Positions 63,153 to 64,000 of a stretch of DNA of 64,000 nt are shown piece by piece (the first letter of the stretch is position 1; each line of letters starts with the position of its first letter). The position numbers and the translations under genes were made by a program. Under the pieces are notes generated by a model that ran no database searches, was not told where the DNA came from, and saw only the letters and a program-made list of their open reading frames with translations. Source of the DNA: Octopus bimaculoides (lineage: Eukaryota); NCBI RefSeq assembly GCF_001194135.2, contig NC_068983.1, positions 152,879,918 to 152,943,917 on the forward strand. The letters run 5' to 3'.

Positions 63153-64000
63153 GAATCACAAAAGGATGTGTGCAGATAAATACGCGTGCGTTTTTAATCA
63201 TAGTACAGACATAGGCGTATTAGTACATGCTATTATCTATAAGATATTAGAATTATGTGCTATTGTAGAAATTACATATCATAATGCATTTCTTCCTGTA
63301 ACAACATTTTATAGAAGTCTTAGCAATATTCTAGTTGCTCATTATTTCAGTCTTATGCATTTACAAATGTGGCAGTATATCACATGCATTCCTTTTATTC
63401 ACATATTTGTTATCGGTCAATAGGATGTGACTTGGCATTAACGTTCTTAAGTGTCTGGCGAAATCGATACATTTAACATCTATTTCGAACATAAGCATGG
63501 GAAAATATTTTAGAATGCCGCCGCTCTGTTACAATAGGCCTGTACATATTGTTCAGTGCAGGGTGTGGTGTATTGATATAATGATAGTGAAAAAAGGTGG
63601 AAGACGGCTAAAGAATAACGGGGAGGTGGTGGGTTAGGAGGTTTATAAAACAGCTAGGGCTTAGCCATAAACTCTTGTGACCAAATGTAAGACAAAGAAA
63701 GCAAACAATATAACTGTAGGTTAGGGATTTACGAGGAGGGGCTGGAAATTTCTTGTTTTATAAAAGTGCTGCGTAAGACATAGTTTGATGTCCTACATTC
63801 CGAGTTCTTTTAAATGGCTTAGAAAAACTGAAGGACTTGGGTAATAATTGTGTGAATCTGAGAAGGGGAATGTATTGAATAATGTCATAATTAATTGATC
63901 CTCTTTTATTCTCTTTTACTCAAAACCAGGAACTTTTCAGCACCCTCTCGTAAGTGTGGTTGTATGTATGTGTTGGTCTATGAGTTTGTGACCAGTCTTA

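Overview
AT-rich, microsatellite-dense animal genomic DNA from a gapped draft assembly, with many N-gaps flanked by (TA)n, (CA)n or (GA)n. The repeat families resemble those I recall from octopus genomes, so a cephalopod origin is my inference and is not verified. I found no confidently supported host protein-coding gene, rRNA, true tRNA or CRISPR array. Most long ORFs in the track are gap or microsatellite artefacts or decayed transposon ORFs. The window is a mosaic of mobile DNA: RLE-type LINEs (R4/Dong-like, HERO-like), RTE, RTEX, CR1-like and Tx1/L1-like fragments, two Penelope GIY-YIG fragments, a mariner, a Helitron Rep fragment, hAT, Merlin-like and Tc1/mariner MITEs, and at least four tRNA-derived SINE families. 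The most striking observation is a tRNA-headed SINE-like element, present twice (13961-14284 and 18744-19455). Its 3' body folds into a minimal Penelope-type type I hammerhead ribozyme (stem I-CUGANGA-A-stem II-GAA-ACGU-U-stem I). Both copies are inverted head-to-head units in which only one arm carries a ~31-nt 3' tail, and both are flanked by target-site duplications. This matches Penelope integration products and suggests a Pol III-driven, ribozyme-bearing non-autonomous element mobilised by Penelope-like elements. A second, unrelated repeat with the same hammerhead architecture lies at 22136-22170.
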